A stretch of DNA of 63,138 nucleotides, the filler included, from Neoconidiobolus thromboides FSU 785 (Eukaryota; Fungi; Entomophthoromycota): assembly GCA_025603075.1 (NCBI GenBank). It is 9 parts of 9 records of this genome, joined end to end, with 100 filler letters (N's around TTAATTAATTAA, not from the genome) between each part and the next. Parts side by side here need not be neighbours in the genome. Positions count along the whole stretch, not along the records: positions 55,878 to 63,138 come from MU626707.1; 8 more parts are not named here. One strand, given 5' to 3'. Within the stretch, counting starts at the first letter, position 1. Each line of letters starts with the position of its first letter. The notes under the pieces were generated by a model, which was not told the origin of the DNA, did no database searches, and saw nothing but the letters and a program-made list of their open reading frames with translations. A program made the position numbers and the translations under genes. Shown here in pieces: positions 59,147-63,138 of this stretch.

Positions 59147-60559
59147 ATGACCAAAGCTTTACCAGTACCAAAAACCATTGTCATGGATGTTGAAAAAGAG
59201 GAAAACAAACTAGAATTAGGAAATGCTATAGGAAAAAACATTGCACAATATTCAAAATTTCGTAGAGGTGTTATACTCTTAGTTATTGCCTTTGCTGCGA
59301 TTTTGGCGCCATTATCCTCAACGATTTACTTTCCAAGTCTTGAAATAATAAAGGAAGAACTCAACACAACAGAAATATTGATCGATGTTACCATTTCTAT
59401 ATATATGTTTATAATAGGTCTCGCACCATTAGTTTGGGGTGGAATGGCAGACAGATTCGGTAGAAGAGGTGTATTTTTAATTACTCAAGTTATTTACACT
59501 ATTGGAAATTTTAGCTGCGCTTTATCTAATAGTATAGGATTATTGATAGCAATGAGAGTCATACAAGCTATAGGTGCATCCGCTGCCATTGTAACTGGTA
59601 TGGGAACAATTGCTGATATTTTTCCAAGGGAGGATCGAGGCTTCGCTATGTCAATATTTTATGTAGGTCCATTAGTAGGTCCAGTAATAGGACCAATTAT
59701 TGGTGGCTTCTTATCTGATGCTTTTGGTTGGAGGTCTACTTTTTGGACTTTGACGATTCTAGGAGGCATTGTTCTAGTTGCATCAGTTTTTTTGTTACCA
59801 GAAACTTTGGCAAAATCAGCTAAACAAGAATTCCCAATTAAAATAACTTTAAAGCCTTTAAGGATTCGTAAAGGTGGTAAAATTTTTAACCCGCTTTCAC
59901 CATTGGGATTTTTAAGATTCCCTATTGTCATTATATTTTGTATTTGTGTGGCTGTTACTTTTGGGTCCTTTTTTGCAGTGGAATCTTCCATGTCAAGGGT
60001 TTTTCCAGCTATTTACAACTTAACTCCATCTCAATCTGGTTTGACTTTTGTGCCATTAGGCCTTGGTAGTATTTTAGGTAACCTCATTGCAGGAAAGGCA
60101 TCTGATCTCTCGTTTCGAAAATTCAAAGCTAGAAATAACGGTAAAAATCCTCGTCCTGAAGTTAGGTTATATGGCTTGTGGTCAGGACCTTTGATTGAAG
60201 CCACTGGTTTATTGATGACTGCCTGGTTTGTTACATTTGAGTTTCATTTAGGAGTAGTTTTAGTAGCAGGGTTTCTAATTGGATTAGGAAACACTGTTTC
60301 TATGATTGCTTGTTCAAGTTATTTGGTTGATGTTTTTCCTAACTATGCTAGCTCTATTGCAGCATGTACTAATGCATTCCAACTAGTATTTAGCGCTATG
60401 CTTTCTGCTGTAAATGGAATCATATTAGAGGAATTAACTTATGGTGTTGGTATCACCTTATATGCTTGCTTTTGTTTCTGTGTTGCTATAATGATGCTTT
60501 TAATGTTCTATAAGGGAGAAGGCATTAGAAAGAAATTCAGCTTGGATGACAGAGATTAG
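59147..60559 (+). CDS. MFS drug:H+ antiporter-1 (Qdr/Dtr1-like) transporter, copy 2, 470 aa
   Basis: LAPLSSTIYFPSL, WGGMADRFGRRGV (motif A), GTIADIFP.E.RG, GPLVGPVIGPIIGGF (motif C), WRSTFW, LPET. Confidence 0.95.
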   Translation: MTKALPVPKTIVMDVEKEENKLELGNAIGKNIAQYSKFRRGVILLVIAFAAILAPLSSTIYFPSLEIIKEELNTTEILIDVTISIYMFIIGLAPLVWGGMADRFGRRGVFLITQVIYTIGNFSCALSNSIGLLIAMRVIQAIGASAAIVTGMGTIADIFPREDRGFAMSIFYVGPLVGPVIGPIIGGFLSDAFGWRSTFWTLTILGGIVLVASVFLLPETLAKSAKQEFPIKITLKPLRIRKGGKIFNPLSPLGFLRFPIVIIFCICVAVTFGSFFAVESSMSRVFPAIYNLTPSQSGLTFVPLGLGSILGNLIAGKASDLSFRKFKARNNGKNPRPEVRLYGLWSGPLIEATGLLMTAWFVTFEFHLGVVLVAGFLIGLGNTVSMIACSSYLVDVFPNYASSIAACTNAFQLVFSAMLSAVNGIILEELTYGVGITLYACFCFCVAIMMLLMFYKGEGIRKKFSLDDRD

Positions 60560-60915
60560 TGTTTATCATCCTATGATTTTAATTATCGGTCCAGAATCGC
60601 CTTGGTTTATTTTAGATTTAATATACATATTATTCTATTAAAAATAAAAAATTTAAATAAAAAAATATTATAGGTTGTTTTTCCTTAGTGGAGGCACTTT
60701 TAAAAAAAGAAGTTGAAAAAAAAGAGTACATTGAGACATAATTTTTACTGTTTTTTAGTTTCTTTTTTTTAAGTCTATATTATAAAATAAAAACATTGTT
60801 GCCAGTTAAAGAAGTAGTATAAAATTTTATAATAGCTTCTAAAACAGTTATGATTGTAATAAAAGGTAAAAACAGGGATAAAAAATGTTATAAACATTTA
60901 TAAAATTTAATGTTT

Positions 60916-61014
60916 GTGATGTATTTTTTTGTTTAAGAATTTTATTAACAATCTTTCCACTCAAATTGCGTTTAAAAGATGGAAAAAGTAATGAAATCAA
61001 AAAAAATCATCCTC
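60916..61014 (-). mobile_element. MITE family A copy
   Basis: Flanks GTTT/ATTT. Confidence 0.82.
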
Positions 61015-61189
61015 ATTTAATGTTTAATAAAAAAATTTATAAAAGTTTGTTGATTAATTATTTATAATAAATATGTTAAGATTTATATAGTCATTTTTAA
61101 AATTGAAATAAAATTTAAAAAATAAACATTAAGGTAAATATATATATGTAATATAATATAAAAAATATTAATATTTTAAGCAAATCTAT

Positions 61190-61285
61190 GAAGATGATTT
61201 TTTTAAGTTTATTACTTTTCCCTCTTTTAAGCGCTATTTGTGGAAAAATTATTAGTAAAATTCTTAAACAAAAAAATATATCACC
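61190..61285 (+). mobile_element. MITE family A copy
   Basis: Flanks CTAT/ATAT; directly followed by LTR copy 6. Confidence 0.82.
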
Positions 61286-61288
61286 ATA

Positions 61289-61723
61289 TGTATAATATCG
61301 CTTTGTCAGCTATATGATTGACTATAACATAACGATCACTTAAATTGTTGTATTCTCAAGTTTAGGTACAATCAATTCAGAGTCCCTTTGTTTTGATTTG
61401 CTGTGGGAATTTTCAACTTCATTGTAAAGAATACTATCTTCTCATTTTAATATCTATACTTATTGGAGTACAAAAGAGATTTTAGAACATAGTAACTCGA
61501 GGCTTTTTAATTGGATTATTCCCTGGTATCTTGTACATTTAATAAAGTTACTGGATTTCCTTAATAGTATTTTACATAGATTTTACATTAGTACTGTCTA
61601 TTCTATTTGTTTTACATAGTCCGTAGCCTGTTACGTGTTATTCATAAGTCAAGTCTATCTTAATTACATGAACTAATAAGACCTTTTGACTCCAACCACT
61701 AAGTACCAGGTTTCGGTTTCACA
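61289..61723 (+). mobile_element. Solo-LTR-like element family B, copy 6 (diverged, 435 bp)
   Basis: TGTATAAT...TTTCACA; flanks CATA/TATA; begins inside the TSD of the MITE at 61190-61285. Confidence 0.75.
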
Positions 61724-62543
61724 TATATATTAAATTTTACTTTAGGTTTAATTAATTTCGAATTAAAAAGCTATTTGTATGCATATATTAATATTAAATA
61801 CATAAAAGTAGTATAAATATAATTTTCATATATGTTAAATATTTGTTTTGCACTTTTTTTAACAAGAAATAGTTTAATCGTAGATTTAACTTTAAATAAT
61901 AATAGGTTTGATGCTTTGATATGAATTTATTACTTTTTGCATATAGCTAGCTCTATTCTACAACCTAGTTTGATTACTTATACTTGTTTTCAAGTCTATT
62001 GGACTTTTACTGTTAGAATAATAATTATTTTTATAAAATTTTTATAAAAAGACATCTCCAAACCCTAAAAAAAACTTATCATTCTATAAAAAAATCATTA
62101 CTTAAAAATCATATATTCTGATAGCTTTATTAATAATTATCGATCAAGTATAAGTTCAACAAATGATGTTTTTACATATGTAAAACACAAACTGAAAATG
62201 ATGAAAGCGTATCATTAGTAATATAGCTCTTATAATGAGAACAAATATTTATATTATTATAAAATTGTCTATTTTTATATCAAAGCTAAATAAGGCAAAT
62301 CAAATTTATACCATCAGGAACCAATAAATTAAACAAATAACTATTCGTAATTTTAACATTTGTACTTTTTATACCCAAACCAAAAAATATATATAGTAAT
62401 GAATGAAATCATGGCTGTGATAAAACTTATCTATAATCTTATACCATACACATAAAAGAAGTGAAAGACTTTTTACTTTTTACTTTTTTTATTTTTTTGG
62501 GTTACTTTTTAAATATATATACCTTTATCATATTTTATGTAAG

Positions 62544-63138
62544 ATGACTGAATCACTATTAGCAAAAAACGAGGCGTTTTCTATGATTGATATGGATGAT
62601 AGGAAGCTAGAATCAGAAAATGCTGTAGAAGAAAACACGAAGCAATACTCAAAGTTACGCAGAAGTATTATATTAATAGTCGTTGCTTTTGCTGCTATAT
62701 TAGCACCTCTATCTTCAACAATTTACTTTCCAAGTCTTGAAGCAATAAAAGAAGAACTCAATACAACAGAGGCATTGGTTGATATTACTATTGCTGTTTA
62801 TATGCTTACATTAGGCCTTGCACCATTAGTTTGGGGTGGAATGGCAGACAGATTTGGTAGAAAAGGTGTATTTTTAATCTCCCAAGCTATATTTACAATT
62901 GGAAATGTTGGTTGTGCTTTATCTAATAGTATAGGATTATTGATAGCAATGAGAGTCATACAAGCTATAGGTGCATCGGCACCTATTGTAACCGGTATGG
63001 GAACAATTACAGATATTTTTCCAAAAGAAGATCGAGGTTTTGGAATGTCAGTATTTTTTGTAGGTCCATTAGTAGGGCCAGTAATAGGACCAATTATTGG
63101 TGGCTTCTTGTTTGATGCTTTTGGTTGGAGATCTACTT
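62544..63138 (+). CDS. MFS DHA1-type transporter, copy 3 (N-terminal part; continues past the window)
   Basis: MTESLLAK...LAPLSSTIYFPSL...WGGMADRFGRKGV...GPLVGPVIGPIIGG. Absent from the ORF track because there is no stop in the window. Confidence 0.93.
   Translation, partial: MTESLLAKNEAFSMIDMDDRKLESENAVEENTKQYSKLRRSIILIVVAFAAILAPLSSTIYFPSLEAIKEELNTTEALVDITIAVYMLTLGLAPLVWGGMADRFGRKGVFLISQAIFTIGNVGCALSNSIGLLIAMRVIQAIGASAPIVTGMGTITDIFPKEDRGFGMSVFFVGPLVGPVIGPIIGGFLFDAFGWRST

Noticed and set aside
4938-61285. MITE copies as a CRISPR array or integron attC-like cassette system
   Set aside because: Dispersed, both orientations, irregular spacing, each with its own TSD; no cas or integrase gene; eukaryotic context.
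9305-61285. Recurring close (-,+) MITE pairs (9305/9954, 19209/19464, 38179/38606, 56861/57251, 60916/61190) as composite elements with long TIRs
   Set aside because: Where TSDs are clear, each member has its own, spacers are unrelated, and close pairs are expected at this density.

Overview
A 63-kb piece of a very AT-rich fungal scaffold with short GT-AG introns (43-96 bp). Gene content suggests an early-diverging fungus, probably Zoopagomycota/Entomophthoromycotina (inference). Eight 100-bp assembly gaps each carry the artificial six-frame-stop linker TTAATTAATTAA, and most interrupt multicopy genes or repeats. Core genes: M1 aminopeptidase, Yvc1-like TRP channel, Hsp60, mitochondrial uL13, Cwc22, dephospho-CoA kinase and tRNA-Glu(TTC). 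Duplicated or accessory genes: 2 aldo-keto reductases, 2 inverted M14 carboxypeptidases, a secreted M64 protease, 2 tandem multicopper oxidases (one with Lys at the T1-copper axial position), a Cys-rich/TM/SH3 receptor-like protein, 2 tandem 7TM receptors plus a class-A-like GPCR fragment, and 3 tandem DHA1 MFS transporters. The strongest unannotated signal is a transposon system in the intergenic DNA. It has 27 near-full-length copies of a ~96-bp MITE (GGGGATGT...ACATCCCC ends, 4-bp AWWT-type target-site duplications, Sola-like). A longer relative shares the same terminus and in one copy encloses a DDE-transposase-like remnant. Six copies of a ~460-bp solo-LTR-like element are also present, four of them next to these transposon ends. 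All alignments and counts were done by eye.
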